A DNA stretch of 20,615 nt, taken from the NCBI GenBank assembly GCA_905178155.1, contig CAJINV010000038.1:63810-84424 (forward strand). Direction: 5' to 3'. This document shows, piece after piece, positions 1 through 9,613 of this stretch (position 1 is the first letter of the stretch; each line of letters starts with the position of its first letter). The translations under genes and the position numbers were made by a program. The DNA is from Amoebophrya sp. A120 (Eukaryota; Protista; Dinoflagellata). Below the pieces are notes generated by a model. The model was not told the DNA's origin, searched no databases, and saw only the letters and a program-made list of their open reading frames with translations.

Positions 1-1655
1 AGCCTGGCCTCTTGTTCGCGATCGCGAACTAGACGACGGGTGGCCGCCGGGACCTCCCGGCCTCGCCTGGCCTCTTGTTCGCGATCGCGAACTAGAGGAC
101 GGGTGGCCGCCGGCACGTGCCACCCTCTTGTTCGCGAGCGCGAACTAGAGGACCGGTGGCCGCTGGCACCTCCCGGCCAGCCTGGCCTCTCGTTCGCGAT
201 CGCGAACTAGAGGACGGGTGGCCGCCGGGACCTCCCGGCCTCGCCTGGCCTCTTGTTCGCGATCGCAAACTAGAGGACGGATGGCCACCGGCACGCCCCA
301 CCTTCCTCGCGAACTAGGTAGAGGACGGGTGGCCGCTGGCATCTCCCGGCCAGCCTGGCGTCCTGTTCGCGATCGCGAACTAGAGGACGGGTGGCCGCTG
401 GCACCTCCCGGCCTCGCCTGGCCTCTTGTTCGCGATCGCGAACTAGAGGACGGGTGGCCAACGGCACGTCCCACGACCCTCTTGATCGTGATCGCGAACT
501 AGAGGACGGGCGGCCGCCGGCACCACCCGGCCAGCCTGGCCTCTTGTTCGCGATCGCGAACTAGAGGACAGGTGGCCGCCGGCACGCCCCACCCTCTTGT
601 TCGCGATCGCGAACTAGAGCACGGGTTGCCGCCGGCACCACCCGGTCAGCCTGGCCTCTTGTTCGCGATCGCGAACTACCCGGCACCGCCCGGCCAGCCT
701 GGCCTCTTGTTCGCGATCGCGAACGAGAGGACGGGTGGCCTCCCGCACCGCCCGGCCAGCCTCGCCTCTTGTTCGCGATCGCGAACTAGAGACCGGGTGG
801 CCCGCGGCACGTCCCACGACCCTCTTGATCGCGATCGCGAACTAGAGGACGGGCGGCCGCCGGCACCACCTGGCCAGCCTGGCCTCTTGTTCGCGATCGC
901 GAACTAGAGGACAGGTGACCGCCGGCACGCCCCACCCTCTTGTTCGCGATCGCGAACTAGAGGACAGGTGGCCGCCGGCACGCCCACCCTCTTGTTCGCG
1001 ATCGCGAACTAGAGGACGGGTGGCCTCCCGCACCGCCCGGCCAGTCTGCTGGCCTCTTGTTCGCGATCGCGAAGTGGAGGACTCTGTGGCCGCCGGCACC
1101 GCCCGGCCTGGCCTCGCTCTTGTTCGCGATCGCGAACTAGAGGACGGGTGGCCACCGGCACGTCCTACCCTCTTGCTCGCGATCGCGAACCAGCGCACCC
1201 TGTGGGCGCCGGCACCGCCCGGCCTGGCCTCGCTCTTGTTGTTCGCGATCGCGAACTAGAGGACGGGTGGCCTCCCGCACCGCCCGGCCAGCCTGGCCTC
1301 TTGTTCGCGATCGCGAACTAGAGGACGGGTGGCCGCTGGCACCTCCCGGCCAGCCTGGCCTCTTGTTCGCGATCGCGAACTAGACGACGGGTGGCCGCCG
1401 GGACCTCCCGGCCTCGCCTGGCCTCTTGTTCGCGATCGCGAACTAGAGGACGGGTGGCCGCCGGCAAGTGCCACCCTCTTGTTCGCGAGCGCGAACTAGA
1501 GGACGGGTGGCCGCCGGCGCCGCCCGGCCAGCCTGGCCTCTTGTTCGCGATCGCGAATTAGAGGACGGGTGGCGGCTGGCACCACCCGGTCAGCCCTCTT
1601 GTTCGCGATCGCGAACTAGAGCACGGGTGGCCGCCGGCACCGCCCGGCCTGGCCC
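1..1655. repeat. Palindromic tandem satellite, ~28 units of ~47-64 bp, core cctct-t-GTTCGCGATCGCGAAC-t-agagg (runs off the window start)
   Basis: The perfect 16-bp palindrome GTTCGCGATCGCGAAC, or a close variant, recurs at about 15, 77, 130, 192, 255 ... 1543, 1601. Linkers are related GC-rich sequences of two types (acgggtggccgccggcacc..ccggccagcctgg and acgggtggccgccggcacgcccacc). Confidence 0.97.
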
Positions 1656-1950
1656 ACCCTATCAAAAGTCGATGGGGGGGCAGCAAAACTCCCGTCGTGG
1701 ACTTTTGCTGCCCACCCCATCGACTTTTGCTGCCCATCCCAACAAAAGTTGATGGGGTGGCCAGCAAAACTCCCGGGGTGGACTTTTGCTGCCCACCCCA
1801 TCAACTTTTGCCGCCCACCCCATCAAAAGTTGATGGGGTGGCCAGCAAAACTCCCGGGATGGACTTTTGCTGCCCACCCCATCGACTTTTGCTGCCCGAC
1901 TTTTGCTGCCCATCCCATCAGAAGTTGATGGGGTGGGCAGCAAAACTCCC
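1653..1950. repeat. Second satellite made of nested inverted repeats (acttttgctgcccaccccatc / gatggggtgg(g/c)cagcaaaa)
   Basis: Several copies of cccaccccatc(a/g)acttttgctg alternate with their reverse complement aaaagttgatggggtgg.cagcaaaa. Confidence 0.92.
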
Positions 1951-1970
1951 GTGGTGTTGCTTCGTCTCTC

Positions 1971-2326
1971 GAGGCCGACGTCGGCCTCAAGAGAAAAAGC
2001 CTCCATCCAGGAGGTCGGTTGGGCTTGCGCCACGTTGGAGGTCGGTTGAGCCGACGTCGGCCTCAAGTGGAAAAGCATCCATCCAAGAGGTCGGCTCGGA
2101 CTGAAAATTTGTGTTGCTTTTCCCGCTGAGGCCGATGTCGGCCTCGAGGTAAAAACATCCTTCAAAGAGGTCGGCTCGGCCTGCGCCAAGGTACCGTGGC
2201 GCAAGAAAAGTTGGTGCTGCTTTTGCCGTTGAGGCCAACGTCGGCCTCATGGGGAAAAGCACTAGCGACTTTGTCGCGTTGCGGCGCGGCTACGACGATC
2301 TCACCTCCACCAGCTCACCGACGTCG
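1971..2326. repeat. Third, degenerate satellite with 18-bp palindrome GAGGCCGACGTCGGCCTC, spaced ~80-100 bp
   Basis: The perfect palindrome is at 1971, with variants near 2048, 2129, 2231 and a core ccgacgtcgg near 2318. An aaaa..tcc..gaggtcgg motif is interspersed. Confidence 0.85.
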
Positions 2327-3163
2327 GCGAGCAGGTCAAAGTTACACGCCTAGGCACTCATAACTCTGCGGCTTTGCACGTGCAAAATTGCGTAACGAGA
2401 CGATTTTACGGGGTACAAAGTTTTCAGTTCTTGTCCGACGAGTTGTACTGCTATTCATAGCGTTCTGCAAAACTTTTCTTCCGGGGAAAGACAGTATTTC
2501 AGGCTTGTTAATAAATCACCGTAGACAAGAAAATAGTAACGATATTTCAAAATCGAAGTTTTTTCGTGTGAGCTAGCAAACATCGATCTCAAGATCTCCA
2601 CTCCGAGGCCGAGGGGCTTTAAACTCACACTGTCTGGTCAAGATCCGACGTCCTTCATAAATTGAAATGATCAACTGATGATCTTTTTCGGTATTCTTAA
2701 AATAGCTTTGAAATTGTAAGACTAAGATCCTCAGCCACGGGTTAAAAAGACAATCGACGATCCTAGAGAGAAACGCGGGCGAGTGCAGCTGCTCATCTTG
2801 AATGTAATTGGATGGGGAAAAGTTCGAATGCTATACATCCGTCCAATCTGTTGCTCAGTCATCGACTAGAAAGATCTAAACTAGATCACTAATTTTCATT
2901 GCGATCCAGGTCCACCCGGAGAAGGCCATGCATATCCAAAACTAGTCCTCGGAAACTTGGCTTTGTGGATCATTGTAGTTATGGCGTTTCCTCTTTTCTC
3001 TTTCCACTAGTCCGTCTAGCTTTCTCCAGCTTTCCTTGAGGTTTTCTGGAGTTTCTCTCTCAAAAACTGTTGCGCCGCCGCACCAACGTGCGCGAGCATA
3101 CCAAACGGCAATATTCTGATCTGATACTTGTAGGGCAATGCCATTGTGGTAAGTTTGAAACTT

Positions 3164-4162
3164 ATGGCAGGCCTCCCTGCTACAGGCGAGCTGCAAGCGC
3201 AGCGCGCAGCTCCTGCTGACGAGAAGGACGCGGGCCAAAGGGAGGCGTGTCAAATTACGCAGCGAGAAAAGACGAGGAAGAAGGCAAAAAAGCCGGCAGG
3301 ACCTCGAGAAGATGTGGCAGGCCTGCCATTGCAGAAAAAGAAGGAGACAAAAGACAGCCGCGCTGCCTCTGCCTCTACGGCGCCCGTGGCCTTGGACAGC
3401 CAAGCCGCTGCGACTAGCAGGGTGAGCGGCCTTCTACCTCAGCAGCAAGTCCTCCAGGAAGCCGCCCTGGAAAAGACGCCGTCCTTCAAGAGTTTTTTCA
3501 CGCCGACCGGCTCCATGTTGAAGCTTCACAAAAACAAAAAGACGCCACAGCCCAAGCGCGACAGCTGCGGCGGGGCGATCATGAAGATGTGTCTCATGCT
3601 GCGAAGGGAATACGCGCAGCAAGTGAAAGATAAAGAAGAGTGGCCCGGGGTCAAAAAGATACTCGTTGACATGTCCTGCGGCATCCGCATCAAGCATTCG
3701 AAGAAAAAGTTCTTCCCCGTATATTTGACCGGGACTGCGCAGAACATCGCGGATGCAGTTCGGCGGATCTACGCCTTGACTGCGGAGCACGACTCGAAAA
3801 GCGCGGAAGTTGTGGCACGCGCACTGCTGCCGGAGCCAGTGCTGCACTATATCACTACGAACGCGGACAACGCGGCGGAGACGGAGACCGCGTTCCTTCC
3901 TGAAGTGCGGGACATCGAGGACGAGTGCTTGTTTTCCCTCTGCGTTGGCGAGCTGGAAAAACCGGCGAACTTGGCCAAAACGCACCGGCTCGTGGTCTGG
4001 TCGGGTACCCAGAAAGCGACTGCGGAGTCGATCTCCCAGTGTCTGCAGAAGATCGAGGTAGAAATTGATCTGTTTCGTGTTTCAGCAGGAGCAGATGAGT
4101 ACACATCGAAGTCGTGCAGCTGTGCCTGCTCTCCAGTGATGCATAGTAGTTTCCAAAAGTAG
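3164..4162 (+). CDS. Putative RNA-binding protein (or exon) with a basic low-complexity N-terminus and two degenerate type-I KH-like domains
   Basis: 338-aa ORF (first ATG at 3164). Segments MKMCLMLRREYAQQ...CGIRIKHSKKKFFPVYLTGTAQNIADAVRRIYAL (~3581-3780) and VVARALLPEPVLHYI...THRLVVWSGTQKATAESISQCLQKIE (~3810-4057) follow the Nova/PCBP KH pattern. The GxxG loops are absent. Exon boundaries are uncertain. Confidence 0.6.
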   Translation: MAGLPATGELQAQRAAPADEKDAGQREACQITQREKTRKKAKKPAGPREDVAGLPLQKKKETKDSRAASASTAPVALDSQAAATSRVSGLLPQQQVLQEAALEKTPSFKSFFTPTGSMLKLHKNKKTPQPKRDSCGGAIMKMCLMLRREYAQQVKDKEEWPGVKKILVDMSCGIRIKHSKKKFFPVYLTGTAQNIADAVRRIYALTAEHDSKSAEVVARALLPEPVLHYITTNADNAAETETAFLPEVRDIEDECLFSLCVGELEKPANLAKTHRLVVWSGTQKATAESISQCLQKIEVEIDLFRVSAGADEYTSKSCSCACSPVMHSSFQK

Positions 4163-4207
4163 TAATATCTACATTTATCAGCTGCAAACTACCAGCTGTG
4201 ATGAAAG

Positions 4208-4849
4208 TTGCTGACTTTCCAAAATAAAACTCAGACCGAGTCTCTTCGTGTGTTGACCACTCCTGACAACCGCCTGAACGAGCCTGCAGAAAAGCGAAAC
4301 AAGCGAGCACACTACTCGGAGGCGGCGATGTCGGGGAGCGCACCAGCGCGCAAAAAAATTCGGCGTCTGGACACGAGCGAGGCCCTTCCGCCGCTTCTCT
4401 CCCCGTTCGGCCCGGCAGATCTTCTCACGGACTTACTCAACAGGAACGGACGGCCTCTGATGGACCTAGACAATGATCTCGGAACTAAATCAGCTGCATC
4501 ATCGCAGGAGAAGACGATGCCGCCAACAGAGAGGAGACGAAATCCCCACAGCCCTCCTGCAAGTAGCAATTTGCCGACGGACGTGCCTTCCTCTGCCCGC
4601 CAGCTAGTGAGTTGTAAAGAGGATACAAAGGAGACACCCACTGGCATGGTGGCAGCACCAGAAAAAAGTCACGCCGAAGAGCGGCTTCGGCTGAAGCCGG
4701 GGCCATCACCGCAAACGAATATCCTCTATGCATTGCAAAAGCATCGCAGCCCTAAGCAGCAATTGCAATTATACACCAAGACAGGCCTGCGCCTGCTGCT
4801 TTCTTTGTGTTTGTCCATGTATCGGTATCCGTATCCTGAATTAGCATGA
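4208..4849 (+). CDS. Hypothetical disordered protein or exon with an NLS-like PARKKIRR motif
   Basis: 213-aa ORF that shares a ~60-aa in-frame module with the 6841-8589 ORF. It may be a further exon of the KH-like gene. Confidence 0.45.
   Translation: MLTFQNKTQTESLRVLTTPDNRLNEPAEKRNKRAHYSEAAMSGSAPARKKIRRLDTSEALPPLLSPFGPADLLTDLLNRNGRPLMDLDNDLGTKSAASSQEKTMPPTERRRNPHSPPASSNLPTDVPSSARQLVSCKEDTKETPTGMVAAPEKSHAEERLRLKPGPSPQTNILYALQKHRSPKQQLQLYTKTGLRLLLSLCLSMYRYPYPELA
4265..4441 (+). repeat. Dispersed direct repeat, copy 1 (copy 2 at 7054-7257)
   Basis: gacaaccgcctga.cgagcctgc ... cactactcggagg.ggcgatgtcggggagcg..ccagcgcgcaaaaaaattcggcg.ctggac.cgagc.aggccc.tccgccgcttctctccc...ggcccggcagatcttctcacgga occurs at both sites. 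Confidence 0.95.
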
Positions 4850-4918
4850 CGCGTTCCATATTGCCTTCTGATAGAAATTGGCTGCAATTATTCTCACTAT
4901 TGACACGATACTTTTGCC

Positions 4919-5650
4919 ATGGATATCCTCTCGAGCAGCAGTAGTTTCCCCGGCCAGGACGGGGATCACCATCCGGGGTCGAACATGTCGGCGGGCTCCG
5001 AACAACTCGGCAGATCGTCCTCCGGGGTTATTGCAGATGTTGTGATGCAGGAGCTGGCCGCACCAAAGACAAGGAAAAAGCGTTCAGCAGCTCCCGTTCC
5101 GCATTGTTCAGAAGAGGAACTTCTCCCGGCTGCGAAAAGGCGAGAAATTGCGGACGATGAAAACGCAGTTTCCGGGCCCGCGCGGAAAGAAGAAGCTAGA
5201 AGTGGCCCGTCGCGTCCGTTGTTATCAGCTAGAAGTGGCCAGGCGTCCAGTACGAAAGAAAGCATTCTATCGGGTAAAATAGCCGCCGAGTCTGGTACTC
5301 CTACTCGCGAAAGAACGGCGGCGCCCAGCCAGCAAGCTGCAGGAGCTTCGTCTTCATCAGGCAGTATGGCCAAGCCTTTGTTCCCAGGAGCTGGCGCACC
5401 ACCAAATCCTCATCTTCCAGTTCCAGCCGCCTTGATACGGAACAAAAAAACCAAGACATTCGATAAGGACTCCTCTCCCACCCTTGCGCTCAACGCCTCC
5501 GCTAAAGTATCTACCAGCAGCAAGAGCACTGCCGTAGCAGGCGGTGGCGCTGACGGTTCCCACACCCCGATGGCGAACGGAGCAAAAGATGGCAAAAACA
5601 AGCAGACGACAGAGATTTTGGGGTACTTAGCTTGCGCGCTTTTGTACTAG
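4919..5650 (+). CDS. Hypothetical Ser/Ala/Pro-rich low-complexity protein or exon
   Basis: 243-aa ATG-initiated ORF with basic clusters (KTRKKR, AKRR) and no recognisable domain. Confidence 0.45.
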   Translation: MDILSSSSSFPGQDGDHHPGSNMSAGSEQLGRSSSGVIADVVMQELAAPKTRKKRSAAPVPHCSEEELLPAAKRREIADDENAVSGPARKEEARSGPSRPLLSARSGQASSTKESILSGKIAAESGTPTRERTAAPSQQAAGASSSSGSMAKPLFPGAGAPPNPHLPVPAALIRNKKTKTFDKDSSPTLALNASAKVSTSSKSTAVAGGGADGSHTPMANGAKDGKNKQTTEILGYLACALLY

Positions 5651-6840
5651 AGACCATGGGATTATAGTATCGATACTTGTTTTAGCATGAGCACCGTCAG
5701 AAAGTATGCTTCTCATTCTCTCCATTTACTGCCAACTCGGTGGAGGTGGGCTCGAGAAATTGTGATAGGTTGCAAAAACCAAAACCATGGCAAGGCCGCG
5801 CCGGCGCAGGGTGCAGGCGCCAGCGTCTTCCAGCGCTGCCGCTCCACTAGGGCTGAGTTTCGGAGAGCAATCTTTCATGGCCCCGTTCTTACTTTTCTGG
5901 CGGGAATCTTTTGGCCACTTCTGCTGCCAGGAGAGCGCCGATCACTCCGGAAAACCTCGGATCGCCCGGAGGAGGGAGGTATCTGTGGTGGGCGGGCAGA
6001 CCCCTAACGGAAAAGGACTGACCTCTCGAGGGCAAGGCGGGCCCGCTGGGATGCGGGAGGAATGCCTCAAGGGAAGAAGGGCGAATCTTCGTGGAGCAAG
6101 CCGGAACCCTGAGGAACGGGAGGACCCTCCAGGAGAAGCACATTCTCCCTGGGCGAAGAAAAAGTCCCCTTGGTGATGGGAGGACCTGCAGAGGGGGCAT
6201 TCGTCGGGGGGAGACGAAGGGGCTCCCAAGCTAGACGCTGTTCCCAATCGTCTGAGGGTTCTCCTTCTTTTTCGCTTCCCAACGATTCGCAAACTCCTAA
6301 AAAATATCATCGCGTTGGATGATTTGGGTCTGACGGTTAGGCATATATCTGTGGCGGGGCGCGCTCTATATTACACCAGTTAAAGGTATCTCCTGGCCAG
6401 AATCGATCAGCCAGGGCGAGAGACGACGCTTCGCGTCTTGTAATTAATGGGTATATCGCACCAGGGTTCTCGTGCTGGTGGACTAGGAGGTGTCTCTGCA
6501 AAACAACTAGACCGAGATCAAAGGTTGCGCGCCGCTTTTGTCGCATGAGTATTTCGCAAGAACCACCAGAATCGGCAAACGTGCCACTGAATTTACATAT
6601 GGAGCTTATCAAGCTCGTCATTGAACAAGAACGCTTCTCGGTACAGGCTTGCTATCTGTTGCTGAAGCATTCGACTATACCAAGAGCGTCGCCGAGGTGG
6701 CGGCGCGTCAAAGTTTCATGGTCGAACTGTCTTCACTGTTGCACTCATATGGACAGGCTTCCTCCCGTTCTTTCTATTTCTTGTTCAGTTTATACAAAAA
6801 TAAATCATAAGCTTTCCAAACTTACAGACCGCGTTCCGCT

Positions 6841-8589
6841 ATGTTGGCAACCCCTTCGACGCCTTCAAGTTTTGGTCCATCCCCCTCCATGGTGCCCCAC
6901 AGCTTGCTGCGAAGTTCCACGGGGTCGTTACTTACGGTGGACGAGGAGGCGGGTGGCGATGTTCTCGAGGAGGAGGAGGAAGAGCAGGCGGACGGCCTGC
7001 AGCGTATGCTGCGCAAACCCAAACAGCAGCAGGCGGAAAATGCGGGGAAAGTGGACAACCGCCTGAGCGAGCCTGCGCTGCTGGAGGACGACGACGATGT
7101 CGGGGACGATGTCGGGGAGCGAGGACACTACTCGGAGGTGGCGATGTCGGGGAGCGTGCCAGCGCGCAAAAAAATTCGGCGCCTGGACGCGAGCAAGGCC
7201 CCTCCGCCGCTTCTCTCCCAGTTGGGCCCGGCAGATCTTCTCACGGAGTTGTTCAACGCTACGGAGTTGCCGCCCCTGTTGTTCACGCTGCCGGGATCGC
7301 CGCTGCGCCGGCAGTGTCGTGCACGCCGCTTTCGCATCCCGACGCGGATCTTTGGTGACAAAAAGGACATTGAGGACATCAAGTGGAAAGACGCCAAGCC
7401 TCACAACGCGAAGCTCTGGGAAGCCGCCGCGATATGGTTGCGGGAGCTCGAGAACGATAACTTCGGTCCTATCCTGGCGATGTTCATCGAGCCAAGCCGC
7501 ACGACAATCGGACGGATTCTTTTGAGGATCCTGCACAACCAGGGCCGTCTGCAAGAGGTACGGCCGGACACTAAGCAGGTCGCGAAGAACCCCGACTTTG
7601 TCGCTGTCCCGGAGCGGGGTCCTCCCATACTGGGCGACCTTTCCACGACCGACGAAATCAAAACGAACCCACGCGCTTGGCTGCGAAGCGTAGCGGCGGA
7701 GAAGATGTACTGGACGAATCAGCCGAAGTATGGCCCTGCGCACCTCGTCGGCTTCGAAACCAGCCCGGGAAAGTGGTGGCATTACCGCGGCAACCCCTAT
7801 AGCTGCGCCCCGGTTGAGTTTGCCACCAACGTAGTGCGGGGCGTGGCAGGCGTCGCGAGGCCCTTCGCCGCTGCCTCCGTCGAGTCCGGGCAAATTTGGG
7901 CGCCAAAAACACCAGACCAAGCAGCGAAAGCAGTCAGCTACGTGAAGCACCCCGCGGCCTTTCCGTTTCCCGAGTGCGGTGCCGTCAATTCGGTGGACTG
8001 GTTTCCGGGCATTCGCCAAAGTCGCCCCGAGGTGCCTGCCCGTCCGCTTGACATTTCGGACGTTGAGCGGACAGATGACCCCGAGAACCTTGGCGCCAAG
8101 GTCCCGACGTTCGAAACGCCAGACAACACGGACATCCTTCGGCTGGACCCAGTCGGGCGCGGAATTCGGGCCAGTTTGATGTTTCCGATTGATGGCGACC
8201 GACTCGGAGTACAGATGCGGGCGGAGATTGCTGGCCGGGGCGTCTTATCCTGTGCAAAAGTATCGCACTCATACAAATCTGAGCTTTTTACGCATGAAGC
8301 CTTGATACAACTTCTCGCCGACTTCTCACGTATTTCTAACCGATTTTCTCACCAGCTTCTCGCTGACATGTCGCCAGCCTTTTCACCAACTTCGCAACGC
8401 CTCGGCTACAACCCTCCCACCGACCTTTGGCCAACGTCTCGTAAACTTTTGGCGTTTCGGTTTGTGGGCACGTCCTGCAGTTCGGTTGTCTTTTTCTTTT
8501 ATTATGCGGACGCGAAAACCGAAACAAAAAGGATCGCTTCTTGTTCATCATCATTATCGTCATCGCATTCGCAAATTGCTGCTGCGTAA
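6841..8589 (+). CDS. Protein with an acidic/NLS-like N-terminus and a putative PD-(D/E)xK restriction-like endonuclease (RLE) domain
   Basis: 582-aa ORF, the longest in the window. Ordered motifs: HN (7402), F-I-E-P (EP at 7489), KNPDFV (PD at 7591), ILGDLS (D at 7636), AAEK (EK at 7699), KY (7726), GFETSPGKW (7750-7776). This order matches the RLE of R2/CRE/NeSL-type retrotransposons. The last ~100 codons read through a degenerate repeat and may be intronic. Confidence 0.6.
   Translation: MLATPSTPSSFGPSPSMVPHSLLRSSTGSLLTVDEEAGGDVLEEEEEEQADGLQRMLRKPKQQQAENAGKVDNRLSEPALLEDDDDVGDDVGERGHYSEVAMSGSVPARKKIRRLDASKAPPPLLSQLGPADLLTELFNATELPPLLFTLPGSPLRRQCRARRFRIPTRIFGDKKDIEDIKWKDAKPHNAKLWEAAAIWLRELENDNFGPILAMFIEPSRTTIGRILLRILHNQGRLQEVRPDTKQVAKNPDFVAVPERGPPILGDLSTTDEIKTNPRAWLRSVAAEKMYWTNQPKYGPAHLVGFETSPGKWWHYRGNPYSCAPVEFATNVVRGVAGVARPFAAASVESGQIWAPKTPDQAAKAVSYVKHPAAFPFPECGAVNSVDWFPGIRQSRPEVPARPLDISDVERTDDPENLGAKVPTFETPDNTDILRLDPVGRGIRASLMFPIDGDRLGVQMRAEIAGRGVLSCAKVSHSYKSELFTHEALIQLLADFSRISNRFSHQLLADMSPAFSPTSQRLGYNPPTDLWPTSRKLLAFRFVGTSCSSVVFFFYYADAKTETKRIASCSSSLSSSHSQIAAA
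7054..7257 (+). repeat. Dispersed direct repeat, copy 2 (copy 1 at 4265-4441)
   Basis: Same sequence as copy 1 and translated in the same frame, with an acidic stretch (LLEDDDDVGDDVGE) replacing EKRNK. Confidence 0.95.
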
Positions 8590-9613
8590 CAAGTTACAAA
8601 GGCCTCTCGTTACGCGTGACAAAGTGAATGTCGCTAGGGCAGTCTGATGAAAAGCATGACAAATCCATGAAGAGCACGAGAAGAAGAAACATGTAGGCTG
8701 GCCACTAACATAAATAGCCCAGGCTACTTCGGCGGCACAGAGAAAAGTCAAACCACCTGTCACGAGAACGCTATCGGTGTCCCGATCGGTCGAGGTGGAT
8801 CCGCTTGGCCGGGGTCAGGCTTAGGACTTGCAAAATGAATCAAGTCGGCTGTTGGTCTACTACTACAACTTTTGATTCCTAGCAATGACTGGTTTGAAAG
8901 GTTGCTAGCTAAGATCGACGACGACAGCACGACCATGCTCTTCGTGATAGGATTAAGATTGCTGACTACGAGGATGATCATAGTAAATGACTAATAAATT
9001 GCTTGTCATTGCTATCTAGTAGACTCTACGCTGTTTCAACTACAATCGGAGTCAGTCCCTACCCCTAGACGCGCGTACTATATTCCGAAGAAGTAGATTA
9101 TTCTTGCGACGTGTAGCAAAAGCAACACTCGTCGCCTCTACGCTGCCTGCTATTCCGCGGAAGGAGCAGGAGAAGAAACTCCAAGGCAATCTGCTCCCTT
9201 GTCCAGACCAACCGCTATGTTCGCCTTGGGCACCACCTGGCGCCCCGAGCTAACATAACAGGCGAAGGCGTTGGATCCGGACAAGCAGAAACAGCAGGCC
9301 TGGGGACCTGAGCTCTTCGAGGCAGCGCATACGACTGCAGCGTCTTTTTACTTAATACAGCAACTGTAATAAAAGTAATCGCGTTTACTGGCCTACATGT
9401 ATTGAGTGTGCGCATTCGGGTGGCCAGACTCCTCGATAGCACAGATAGCTAGTTAATTTCTACGCAATTTTTGAGCCCGCTACCTCAAGAGTAGTGGAAT
9501 TGGAGATAAGATAAAGATTGTCGACATCTCCACTGCGGTTTGATTACGGTGTGTTTGACGACCAGCCAATGCGGCATACTTGTTGATCTTGTCCTCCACG
9601 AACTTGTGGCCAA

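Noticed and set aside
1-1655. CRISPR array (palindromic ~28-bp repeat with ~25-35-bp intervening sequences)
   Set aside because: The intervening sequences are variants of each other rather than unique spacers, no cas-like ORF is present, and the context is eukaryotic (SL RNA, eukaryotic 5S).
92-2262. Numerous ORFs in all frames over the satellites
   Set aside because: They are translations of GC-rich tandem repeats and appear symmetrically on both strands.
2880-3120. Minus-strand remnant of an RT thumb region (WYARARW...WRKLDGLVER, PSPGGPG)
   Set aside because: The resemblance is vague, there are no catalytic RT motifs upstream on that strand, and the frame overlaps the better-supported plus-strand ORF.
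6928-8019. 363-aa minus-strand ORF (likewise 3434-3985, 15629-16240 and 16313-16930)
   Set aside because: These are antisense shadows of GC-rich plus-strand coding frames, with atypical composition and no motifs.
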